Below the pieces are notes generated by a model. It did no database searches. It was not told the origin of the DNA and worked only from the letters and a program-made list of their open reading frames with translations. The position numbers and the translations under genes were made by a program. DNA of 32,000 nucleotides, taken from NCBI GenBank assembly GCA_045568075.1, contig JBJLBP010000001.1:60001-92000 (forward strand). The letters run 5' to 3'. The stretch comes from Candidatus Thalassarchaeaceae archaeon. GTDB taxonomy: Archaea > Thermoplasmatota > Poseidoniia > Poseidoniales > Thalassarchaeaceae. This document shows positions 24,088 through 32,000 of this stretch, in pieces (the first letter of the stretch is position 1; each line of letters starts with the position of its first letter).

Positions 24088-24579
24088 TTATTCATTTATT
24101 CGCTCAACTTTAATGATTTTTTGAGGGTCATAGGGGCGATCTCCTCGAGCGGTATCGCAATTCTCAATCTTGTACACCACTTCCATCCCCTCAATAACCT
24201 CTCCAAACACGGCATGGTTACCATCTAACCAAGGCGTTGGGATGGTCGTAAGGAAGAATTGGGAACCACCTGTGTTTCTACCAGCATTCGCCATCGAGAA
24301 AAGTCCGGGCCTGTCGTGTTTTTTGGCCAAGGCAGATGGCTCACAAGGAATCTTCCAACCGGGGCCTCCTGTCCCGGCTCTGCCGTTGTTGGCGTCTCTC
24401 GAGTGGGGGCAACCACCTTGGATCATGAAGTCCTTGATTACACGGTGAAAGTGAAGACCGTTGTAGAATTCTTCATCCACGAGTTTGAGGAAGTTACCGG
24501 TAGTCTCGGGGCAATCTTCAGTGTAGAGACCTATCGTGATCTCCCCTGCACTCGTCGTCATCTTCACTACAGTAGGCAT
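24088..24579 (-). CDS. ppiB: Peptidyl-prolyl cis-trans isomerase, cyclophilin type
   Basis: Supporting blocks are FYNGLHFHRVIKDFMIQGG, SMANAGRNTGGSQFFLT and HAVFGEVIEGMEVV. Confidence 0.9.
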   Translation of the reverse strand: MPTVVKMTTSAGEITIGLYTEDCPETTGNFLKLVDEEFYNGLHFHRVIKDFMIQGGCPHSRDANNGRAGTGGPGWKIPCEPSALAKKHDRPGLFSMANAGRNTGGSQFFLTTIPTPWLDGNHAVFGEVIEGMEVVYKIENCDTARGDRPYDPQKIIKVERINE

Positions 24580-24667
24580 GACTCAGCCCCAGCGCGCTCG
24601 GCTCAAGAGCATGATGGTGCTCACCTCCGTATTTCTGAAGGGAGTTTGGTGTTGAGGAGGCCGTCAA

Positions 24668-25063
24668 TTAGGCAACCATCGACCCAGGTAGTATGCCATC
24701 AGGCAATTCCAGCAATCGGACCGTTCCATCGGGATCGAGGGCACCAAGAACCAGGAATTGGCTGACAAAACCTGTTGGCAGAGTCTTGTCACCCAAGTTG
24801 AGTGCGCCAACCACAGTCCGGCCAACCAAGTCAGACCGTGCGTAATTGGTAATTTGCGCAGAACTCCACCTGCGCCCAATAACCGGCCCGAAATCGACCT
24901 CGATCTTGTAAGAGGGCTTGCGCATCTCGGGAAATTCCTCAACTCGGAGAATCACTCCGGCGCGGAGATCCTGCTCGAAGTAAGCAGCAGCGCCGACATA
25001 TTCCTTCTCAGCCAACTTTTCGGGATGGTAAGGTTCGCTCGAATCGATGACGTGCGAGTCCAT
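24668..25063 (-). CDS. csaA: tRNA-binding domain protein (CsaA/Trbp111-like)
   Basis: The sequence DLRAGVILRVEEFPEMRKPSYKIEVDFGPVIGRRWSSAQITNYARSDLVGRTVVGALNL..FVSQFLVLG parallels B. subtilis CsaA. Confidence 0.8.
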   Translation of the reverse strand: MDSHVIDSSEPYHPEKLAEKEYVGAAAYFEQDLRAGVILRVEEFPEMRKPSYKIEVDFGPVIGRRWSSAQITNYARSDLVGRTVVGALNLGDKTLPTGFVSQFLVLGALDPDGTVRLLELPDGILPGSMVA

Positions 25064-25648
25064 TCACTCACCCGTCACGTCGGAGCGAACAATCAACGGA
25101 ACCAGAGTGATTCCGGCCGAATCAAAGGCGTCCTGGCCGCCCTCTTCCCGATCAAGAATCGTGATACAGGCGGCCACTTCGCAGCCCATTTCGGTGAGTC
25201 TTACAGCAGCCTTCAATGCTGAGCCGCCTGTTGTCGTCACGTCCTCGAGCAATACTACACGATCACCTGAGTTTAGCGTCGAACCCTCGATACCAGGAGG
25301 GTTTCCTGTCTTACGCCCGCCGCGGCCTTTGGCTTCCTTTCGCACCATGAAGCCGCGAAGATTCGATCCTCGTTCTGCCTTTGCGATGGCGATGCCGGCC
25401 AGCGGGACCGCTCCCAGTTCCAATCCACCGACGGCATCGATTCCGCCGAGTGAACCAATCTCAGCATGTAGCAACACACCGATCAAATGAGCGCACTCGG
25501 GATTCATCATCACCGGCTTCATATCGAAGAAATGTGGACTTTGTCGCCCACTAGCGAGGGTGAACAAATCATCCGGAGAGTGGAGGTAAGCGAGCTCACG
25601 AACGCGTTCAATGAGGCGTTGCTTGGCTTCGGCAACTGTGGTCGACAT
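25064..25648 (-). CDS. pyrE: Orotate phosphoribosyltransferase
   Basis: Supporting blocks are FTLASGRQSPHFFDMK and the PRPP loop VVLLEDVTTTGGSALKA. ATG is at 25648. The stop directly abuts the csaA start (TGAATG). Confidence 0.9.
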   Translation of the reverse strand: MSTTVAEAKQRLIERVRELAYLHSPDDLFTLASGRQSPHFFDMKPVMMNPECAHLIGVLLHAEIGSLGGIDAVGGLELGAVPLAGIAIAKAERGSNLRGFMVRKEAKGRGGRKTGNPPGIEGSTLNSGDRVVLLEDVTTTGGSALKAAVRLTEMGCEVAACITILDREEGGQDAFDSAGITLVPLIVRSDVTGE

Positions 25649-25788
25649 GTCACTTCCCTTCCATTTCGGCTCGGTGGGAACCGGATGAAGGTTCGCACTA
25701 GGAGAGGGCTTAGGCAGCGGGAAGACACTGAATGTTCTTGGACGGCCGCGTTCGGTGGTCGGATGTCCAACAACGGAGCGCATGAGAT

Positions 25789-28700
25789 ATGGTCGGAGCA
25801 GATGGTCCAGAAGTGGTGGTCGATGAAGCCCGACTTACCCACGAAATGGAGTCATACAGCCTCTGGCTTGACGAGCGAACGGAGGAGGCTTACCGCATCG
25901 CTGGTGAGGCTCGCTCGAAGGGTCTTGATTTCGCTGACGTGGTTGAGATTCCTCGCGCTGCTGACCTTGCCAGTCGCACCGAGAAATTGCTCGAAGATTA
26001 TCTCCGCCCGGAGCCAGATCAGGAACCACTTCGAATCGAGGATGATCTTCGTAAGTTGTTGAGTCGGGTCGACCGCGAGGCGGCTTCGATTCAGATTGCG
26101 GTCGATGTCGCAAAGCGAATGCACGCACTAACCGCAGATGTCCGGCGCTCAATCGATACCGGTTTGCGTGTGGGGCTTGCAGTTCTGACCGAGGCGGTGC
26201 TGGTAGCACCGCTCGAAGGAATCGGAAATGTCAAGATTCTCAACAATGAGGATGGAAGCGAATTTCTCTCAATCGAATTCTGTGGCCCAATCCGTGCCGC
26301 GGGAGGGACTGCGCAGGCTCTCGGTGTGCTGATTGGCGATATGGTCCGCCGTGAGCTCGGGCTTAACCGATACATCCCAACGACGCCTGAAGTAGAGCGC
26401 GTCAAAGAAGAGTTTGGCTTGTATCGAGCCGGTATGCAGTACAAGCCGCCACCCGAGGAGATCGAAATCATCGTCCGCGCCTGTCCTGTGATGATTAACG
26501 GCGAGGCGACTGAACAAATCGAGTGCTCGGGCTACAAAGAAGTCCGCAATATCGAGGGATCGAGGGTCCGCGGTGGTGTGATGCTGGTCATTGGAGAGGG
26601 TCTTTGTCTCAAGGCTCCAAAGATCCAGAAACATACTGAAAGGTTGAAAATTCCTGGTTGGGAATTCATCGCACATTTCGCCTCCAAGGGCAAATCCGAC
26701 GATTCCGAATCCACATTCAAACGCCGAATCATCAAGCGCGATGACCGTTTTCTCGACGATGTCATCGCTGGGCGCCCGGTCTTTGGTGAGCCATGTGAGC
26801 CGGGCGCATTTCGGCTGCGCTATGGGCGCAGCCGAGCCTCAGGTTTAGCGGCGGCAGGGATTAATCCGGTTTCGATGGAAGCGATGGGGTCATTCCTAGC
26901 AATCGGCACTCAGATGAAGACTGAGAGACCGGGGAAAGCAGCCGCAGTGACCCCTTCTGTGGATATCGAAGGGCCATCGGTTCTACTCGATGATGGTACT
27001 TTCAAACGCATCGATACGGCTACAGAATGGCGCGATGTGAGTGACCGAGTCGTCTCGCTGTGGGATAGTGGAGAGTTTCTGGTTGGTTTCGGTGAATTCC
27101 TTGAGAATAACAAGAATCTAGTTCCTTCGCCATACAATCGGGATTGGTGGGCAGCCGACCTTGCGGAGGCGCTAAACCAGCCACAGAAAGTAGATTCACT
27201 CGCGGAAATTTTGGGGTTGAGTCGCGAACAGATGCCTCCTGGCTTAGCATTCAACGGTGCCATCAATCGAGGAGGTGAGCCTGCACTCGAACGTGCTCGT
27301 CGGCGCCGCGATTGGAATCGATACTTGCGCGGGCTCGACTTGACGTGGGAGCAAGTCCGAAGCATCTGCCTCTCCTTTGGAACTGCACCACCGCCCCCAT
27401 TCAATCCGTGGTGGTCAGACCTACCACTCTCCTTCGCACCGCATTTGATTGAGGCTTTGCTATCTTCCAAGGTTGAGAGCCGAGGTTTACGAATCCCTGG
27501 TGTCGTCAAAGGTTGGACTCCAGAACAACACCTCGAGGATGTAGGTCTTGACACTCCTTCGACTGGTGTCTGGCCGCGCTGGACAGAAGTACAGCGTCAC
27601 GGTGTAGTAAAATCCTCACTATTGGTTCTCGGAATCCAGCATCATCACAAGCGCGGCGATATCGTCATTCCCTCTCTCTGGGAGCCTCTAATCGATGGAC
27701 TAGGGCTTGAACTGGATGGATCGAGCATTCGCCAGAGAACAGAGGCTGGCCCGCACGTTACCGATCGAGTAGCACGTATCAGAACAGCAACGAATACCAT
27801 TCGCGAAGAGGATGAGCGCCTAGCCGAAATCGAAAACGCGCGCAATGTCGAACGCATACGTGAGCAAACTTCCGCGCGCCAACGTGGAATGAGTATCGGA
27901 GAGACCGAAGCTGCCGGTGATGAGGCTGCAGCAAAAATCGAAGACCCTGGTGCCCCAAACCCGCAGGAATTGATGGCGGCTCGCCACCTTCTCGACGACC
28001 ATGAGGTCGACCGATCTCTGTGGCTAGCCCGCCGCCTCTCTGAATTGAGATGGGAAGACGCTGTATCATGCCGCGTTGGTTCAAGGATGGGGAGACCAGA
28101 GAAAGCTAGCAGGCGCGAGATGAAACCGCTAGTCCATTCGCTATTCCCAATCGGCGATCATGGAGGTCCACAGCGGCTCCTCGGTCACGCAGCATCGAGA
28201 GGAAGAGTGCGAGTAGACGCTGGTCCACGTATCTGCAAGAAATGCGGGATGGAATCTCCTATGCTTCGCTGCCATAACAGACCAGACCCCGGGGTGGCCG
28301 AGGAGTGCGGTGGCAAAACCAAGCCAAGACCCCTGCGAGGAAACAGAAGACCTCGTAGACTCGGACAGAGAACCAGCATTCCGGTAGCCGCCCTGATGGA
28401 AGTTAAACGCCGCTCACTTGGTCTCGATAGGCTCCCCGAACGCATCAAGGCAGTGAAGGGGCTAATGTCGTATCATCAGACCCCAGAACCACTTGAAAAA
28501 GGCATACTGCGGGGCCGCCATAACATCTCTGTATTCAGGGACGGCACTGCTAGATACGACATGATTGACGTGCCTGTCACCCACTTCAAGCCCTCAGAAA
28601 TCAATACCTCGTGGGAACTCCTCACTAATCTCGGCTACACCCACGATGTCGATGGAAATCCACTGACAAACGATGAACAAATTCTCGAGCTTTATCCTCA

Positions 28701-29757
28701 GGATTTCATCCCATCAACCCTCGCCATCGATCACCTGAAATCCACTTGTGATTACATCGATGAATTGCTCATCCGATTCTACGGCATGGACCCATTCTAC
28801 AAGATTGAGTCAGCCGATGACCTCGTTGGCCATCTCGCAATCGGCCTCGCACCGCACACCTCCGGCGGAGTGCTTTGCCGCATCGTCGGATGGACTGACG
28901 CCTCCGCCGGCTACGCCCATCCACTCTTCCACGCCGCAAAACGTCGCAATTGTGATGGTGATGAAGATAGTATCATGATGCTCATGGATGGATTGTTGAA
29001 TTTCTCCAAATCCATCCTACCTGCAAACCGTGGAGGACGCATGGACGCACCTCTAGTTCTGACCACGCGATTGAACCCCTCTGAGATCGATAAAGAGGCT
29101 CTCAATGTCGACTGCTCGTGGCAATATCCGCGCTCATTCTATGAGGCCACGCGCGAGCAACCGCATCCTTCTGAACTCAAGTCACAAATCGAAATCGTTG
29201 AGCATCGTCTCGGCACAATCGGCGACCTGCGCGGCTATGGTTGGACACACGACTCCGGTGCCCTCGATGCCGGACCTGCAAATTCATCCTACAAGACTCT
29301 GGAGACAATGGTCGACAAAATGAACGCGCAGTTGGCTTTGGGAAGTCTCCTCCGCCCCGTTGACGTCTCAAGGGTTGCCAGTCAGGTCATCGAGTCTCAC
29401 TTCCTGCCTGACCTGCGTGGCAACCTCGTAGCCTTCACTCGGCAGAAAGTGCGCTGCGTACGATGTGGCCATTCGTATCGGCGAATGCCTTTGGCGGGAA
29501 GATGCATACAAAGAAAACAGAATGAAGGAGGCTTGTCGAATGGACGTGATGATGGGTCATCTATGTGTAGTGGGAATGTTGTGTTGACCGTGTCCGAGGG
29601 CTCTGTTCGCAAGTACATCAAAGTCACCCGACACGTCATCGAAAACTACGGTGTCAACCTTTACACACAGCAACGAGTCGACTGGCTTTCTGACAGCGTC
29701 GACTCGCTTTTCAACGATGATACAGTCACAGTAATGACGCTTGGCGACTTCCTTTGA
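25789..29757 (+). CDS. polC: DNA polymerase II (PolD) large subunit DP2
   Basis: The N-terminus YRIAGEARSKGLDFADVVEIPRAADLASRTEKLL is DP2-like. Other blocks are RMGRPEKASRREMKPLVHSLFPIG, the catalytic FHAAKRRNCDGDEDSIMMLMDGLLNFS, and C-terminal VRCVRCGHSYRRMPLAG...VVLTVSEGSVRKY. An alternative start is ATG 25846 (MESYSLWLDE...). Confidence 0.9.
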   Translation: MVGADGPEVVVDEARLTHEMESYSLWLDERTEEAYRIAGEARSKGLDFADVVEIPRAADLASRTEKLLEDYLRPEPDQEPLRIEDDLRKLLSRVDREAASIQIAVDVAKRMHALTADVRRSIDTGLRVGLAVLTEAVLVAPLEGIGNVKILNNEDGSEFLSIEFCGPIRAAGGTAQALGVLIGDMVRRELGLNRYIPTTPEVERVKEEFGLYRAGMQYKPPPEEIEIIVRACPVMINGEATEQIECSGYKEVRNIEGSRVRGGVMLVIGEGLCLKAPKIQKHTERLKIPGWEFIAHFASKGKSDDSESTFKRRIIKRDDRFLDDVIAGRPVFGEPCEPGAFRLRYGRSRASGLAAAGINPVSMEAMGSFLAIGTQMKTERPGKAAAVTPSVDIEGPSVLLDDGTFKRIDTATEWRDVSDRVVSLWDSGEFLVGFGEFLENNKNLVPSPYNRDWWAADLAEALNQPQKVDSLAEILGLSREQMPPGLAFNGAINRGGEPALERARRRRDWNRYLRGLDLTWEQVRSICLSFGTAPPPPFNPWWSDLPLSFAPHLIEALLSSKVESRGLRIPGVVKGWTPEQHLEDVGLDTPSTGVWPRWTEVQRHGVVKSSLLVLGIQHHHKRGDIVIPSLWEPLIDGLGLELDGSSIRQRTEAGPHVTDRVARIRTATNTIREEDERLAEIENARNVERIREQTSARQRGMSIGETEAAGDEAAAKIEDPGAPNPQELMAARHLLDDHEVDRSLWLARRLSELRWEDAVSCRVGSRMGRPEKASRREMKPLVHSLFPIGDHGGPQRLLGHAASRGRVRVDAGPRICKKCGMESPMLRCHNRPDPGVAEECGGKTKPRPLRGNRRPRRLGQRTSIPVAALMEVKRRSLGLDRLPERIKAVKGLMSYHQTPEPLEKGILRGRHNISVFRDGTARYDMIDVPVTHFKPSEINTSWELLTNLGYTHDVDGNPLTNDEQILELYPQDFIPSTLAIDHLKSTCDYIDELLIRFYGMDPFYKIESADDLVGHLAIGLAPHTSGGVLCRIVGWTDASAGYAHPLFHAAKRRNCDGDEDSIMMLMDGLLNFSKSILPANRGGRMDAPLVLTTRLNPSEIDKEALNVDCSWQYPRSFYEATREQPHPSELKSQIEIVEHRLGTIGDLRGYGWTHDSGALDAGPANSSYKTLETMVDKMNAQLALGSLLRPVDVSRVASQVIESHFLPDLRGNLVAFTRQKVRCVRCGHSYRRMPLAGRCIQRKQNEGGLSNGRDDGSSMCSGNVVLTVSEGSVRKYIKVTRHVIENYGVNLYTQQRVDWLSDSVDSLFNDDTVTVMTLGDFL

Positions 29758-29770
29758 CAAATTTCGTGAC

Positions 29771-29810
29771 AGCGTCGTAGTCGCTTGATTTTACGCGAAA
29801 ATACGACGCT
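29771..29810. terminator. Bidirectional hairpin between convergent DP2 and mptE-like genes
   Basis: AGCGTCGTA (29771-29779) pairs with TACGACGCT (29802-29810). An inner TCGC/GCGA pair flanks a T-rich loop (ttgattttac). The element touches the mptE-like stop codon. Confidence 0.45.
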
Positions 29811-30568
29811 CAAACGAGAAAACCGAGGTGTTGTAGCACCTTGGCCATCCACTGTAATTTGACGAGTTTGCGCTCGGGGTCTGTCGCACCCGACCAGGCC
29901 CCAACCAAGTCGGTGCGTGTACCGAGCAATTTGATGCGCTCGCGTGAGACACCAAGTGCGCGAGCGAAGCAAACGGCTCGATCCCCATCGGTGAATCCGC
30001 CCGGATTGTGCATCCCTTCGATAGGTTCGGGCGTCTGATGGGTGAGTACGATAGGCGGTGGAGTTCGTCGCGCGCTCGAGAAAGTGAGTAATTCAGACCA
30101 CTCGGCAGTATTGTCGCCGTGCGCGTGAAGAATAATCGGAATTCCGCGTTTCACTGCAGCCACTGTCCCCTCGCCGCCATCGGCATCACTCACAACACAG
30201 GCCAAACGGGACCAAGCTCGATCGGCCATCGAATCTGGAAGAGTGTCGAGCACGCCGCAAGACCCATCCGCTGCAATCAGGAGAGTATTGCCTGCAAGAA
30301 CTTCCTCAACCTCCTCAATGGTGATTGCGGCACCGAGAATCGCAACATCTGTCTCTCGTAGAACAAGCCGTCTGTGCAACGAAGCCACCGTCTGAACTCG
30401 CCGTGCACGGGCCCAAGATTCAACATCGCAAGACTCGACCTCAGAGAGCAGTGCATGTGCACTCTCGACATCCTCGGTCAGGCCCCAGTCGAAGTGCGCC
30501 CTCACCTCATTTTGCAATTCCAGCAAGCGAACATCCACTGCAGCAAGGTCGGTTGGCTTACTCTGCAT
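29810..30568 (-). CDS. mptE: 6-hydroxymethyl-7,8-dihydropterin pyrophosphokinase, archaeal MptE-like (DUF115)
   Basis: Supporting blocks are LLIAADGSCGVL, VVSDADGG, IILHAHGDN and NPGGFTDGDRAVCFARALGVSRERIKLLG. ATG at 30568 was chosen because the longer track ORF (to 30868) overlaps priL. Confidence 0.65.
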   Translation of the reverse strand: MQSKPTDLAAVDVRLLELQNEVRAHFDWGLTEDVESAHALLSEVESCDVESWARARRVQTVASLHRRLVLRETDVAILGAAITIEEVEEVLAGNTLLIAADGSCGVLDTLPDSMADRAWSRLACVVSDADGGEGTVAAVKRGIPIILHAHGDNTAEWSELLTFSSARRTPPPIVLTHQTPEPIEGMHNPGGFTDGDRAVCFARALGVSRERIKLLGTRTDLVGAWSGATDPERKLVKLQWMAKVLQHLGFLV

Positions 30569-30635
30569 CCAGTGACTCTCCAGTGGAAGGATTCGGTGAG
30601 GCTTGAAATACCCTCTCGATACATTGCCACTCACC

Positions 30636-31829
30636 ATGCCGATGCCGCTCACACCTCCGAGCATCGAAGATGAGTCTGTGCTCGCACGATACCCCTTCCT
30701 ACCGCAGAGCCGTGAATACATCCTCGGCCAACTCAGCGGTAACGGAATCAACGTCGAGGGACTCATTGAGGAACCATGGCTCGAGGATATCCGTCGACGT
30801 GGTAGTCTACGCCTCGTCGAGTCCGTCGTCCACAAGGAAGGAGTCGATTCGGCAACCACCGTCGACATCTCTTCCGACGTCGGTCGGATGACTGAGGCTC
30901 TCTCATTCCTTCACGCCATGCTAGTGGTCTGCGCCTCCTTCGAGGATCGTCTCCTCAATCGCTGGGTGGAGGGAGAAGCCAGTAGGGCCGACCAACTCTT
31001 CGGCATAGATCGGCCCAATTTCGATATCATCGCCCGCACATATCTTTCCGATATCCGCAGCGAGGCGATACCCGGCACGACCGAGATTGTCTATCACGTG
31101 CCGATGGTCGATTTTCTCGAACTCTGTCCAAAGATTACGGGCGGTTATTGGCGCTTGATCAACCGCCCGGTCAAAGCCGGCTGGGTCAGGATGGATCCGG
31201 CTAGCGGAGAAACCAGTCAACAGCGGACTGCGCGCCTACTCAAGGAGCGCGTCCGCCGATCTCTGACTGAGGATTGTGTCGATAGAATGGCGAAGATGGA
31301 CGATGCATTCGCCGGACTCTTCGCGGATCCGGTTGACCGCATTCTCGGCTTACTCTCAGAACGAGTCACAGCCGAGATGCCGATGACAGCGGCCGTCCGC
31401 GAGGATTGGCCGCCTTGCTTCGAATCAGCCGTTGCCGAACTAGCCCAAGGAATCAACGTAAATCACACAGGTCGGCTTTTCCTCGCTGCAATGTCAAGAG
31501 CTATGCTGCACACACCCGAAGTCACGTGCTCATTCTTCGAGAATGCCCCCGACTACAATGCGGAGACTACTTCCTACCAAGTTGGCCACGTCTATGAGCA
31601 TCAATACACACCTCACGGATGCTCGTCTCTCAAGACAGGTGCTCGCTGTCCTGTGAGCCCTGGAGACGATCGTTTGTGCGACCAGGAATGGATGAATCAC
31701 CCTCTCAAATATCTGCGAGCGAAGCAGCGGCGGCGCTATCAGGAAGAGAGTCTCAATGAAGCCGCCGACGAATCGCCAGAACGCACCGAAGGTGCGTCGG
31801 AAACGAACGAAACGGACGATTCTTCATAA
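30636..31829 (+). CDS. priL: DNA primase large subunit PriL
   Basis: The N-terminus contains ARYPFLPQSREYI. The C-terminal Fe-S domain has WPPCFESAV, HTGRLFLAAM, PDYNAETTSYQVGHVYEHQYTPHGCSSLKTGARCPV and four Cys. ATG at 30636 is ~30 nt downstream of the TATA-like TTGAAATA (30603-30610). The track's TTG start is at 30603. Confidence 0.8.
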   Translation: MPMPLTPPSIEDESVLARYPFLPQSREYILGQLSGNGINVEGLIEEPWLEDIRRRGSLRLVESVVHKEGVDSATTVDISSDVGRMTEALSFLHAMLVVCASFEDRLLNRWVEGEASRADQLFGIDRPNFDIIARTYLSDIRSEAIPGTTEIVYHVPMVDFLELCPKITGGYWRLINRPVKAGWVRMDPASGETSQQRTARLLKERVRRSLTEDCVDRMAKMDDAFAGLFADPVDRILGLLSERVTAEMPMTAAVREDWPPCFESAVAELAQGINVNHTGRLFLAAMSRAMLHTPEVTCSFFENAPDYNAETTSYQVGHVYEHQYTPHGCSSLKTGARCPVSPGDDRLCDQEWMNHPLKYLRAKQRRRYQEESLNEAADESPERTEGASETNETDDSS

Positions 31830-31870
31830 TGGAGTAGACCCCATTGCGCTCCGTAGCAGGGGATTGGAAC

Positions 31871-32000
31871 ATGGTGCGCACACTCGTCCTCACTATCGAC
31901 CGAGACAATGATCTTGGCGTTAAGGCAGGAATCAGAGGTCCTGTCATCGGCCGTAAAGCCACTCTCACAGCAGCTCTCAGACTTGGTATCGCCGACCCTG
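31871..32000 (+). CDS. DUF373 family membrane protein, N-terminal fragment (runs off the window)
   Basis: Manual translation gives [43 protein letters not shown]. From memory this matches the conserved archaeal DUF373 N-terminus (..VDRDDDLG.K.G...P..GR..N..AA..L...DP). Confidence 0.55.
   Translation, partial: MVRTLVLTIDRDNDLGVKAGIRGPVIGRKATLTAALRLGIADP

Noticed and set aside
27600-28100. Possible intein or mobile insertion in DP2, which at 1322 aa is at the long end, with a charged segment IREEDERLAEIENARNVERIREQTSARQRG...
   Set aside because: There are no intein splice-junction blocks or homing-endonuclease motifs. The extra length is a short charged low-complexity stretch, and the flanking conserved DP2 blocks are contiguous.
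1-32000. Searched for tRNA/rRNA genes, CRISPR arrays, transposases or integrases, toxin-antitoxin pairs and recognised defence systems.
   Set aside because: I saw no T-arm-like GGTTCRAWYC in a tRNA context, no spaced repeats, and no recombinase, nuclease-effector or restriction-modification motifs in any ORF. The window appears to be core chromosome apart from the items listed.

Overview
This window looks like an archaeal chromosomal segment of about 55% G+C. The archaeal call rests on PolD large subunit DP2 with the NCDGDED catalytic motif, primase large subunit PriL, MptE-type pterin pyrophosphokinase, archaeal type-2 methionine aminopeptidase and a DUF373 protein. Many bacterial-type metabolic genes sit among them: bacterial-type LeuRS, homodimeric pyruvate dehydrogenase E1 (AceE), class II fumarase, BolA/Grx4/Trx and cyclophilin. 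Two peptidases (secreted S15, M32 carboxypeptidase) fit a planktonic proteolytic archaeon of the Thermoplasmatota / Marine Group II type, but that placement is inference only. Genes are tightly packed and many appear leaderless, with a TATA-like box about 30 nt upstream of the ATG. I found no tRNA, rRNA, CRISPR array, transposase or integrase. The main anomaly is a 947-nt gene-free interval (21482-22428) between two convergent genes. Its + strand is extremely T-poor (18 T in the 360 nt 21781-22140), open in all six frames, and packed with short G-C hairpins capped by cUUCGg and GNRA tetraloops that are canonical only on the + strand. It also holds a reiterated 19-20 nt purine module and is preceded by a BRE/TATA-like box. 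I interpret it as a candidate large, unclassified structured non-coding RNA. Secondary items are a ribbon-helix-helix domain fused in frame to fumarase (PutA-like trigger-enzyme architecture) with an inverted repeat bracketing its TATA box, a wHTH-STAND NTPase 4 nt downstream of the S15 peptidase, and a zinc-ribbon/acidic/SAP-like/proline-rich protein divergent from an Upf1-like helicase.
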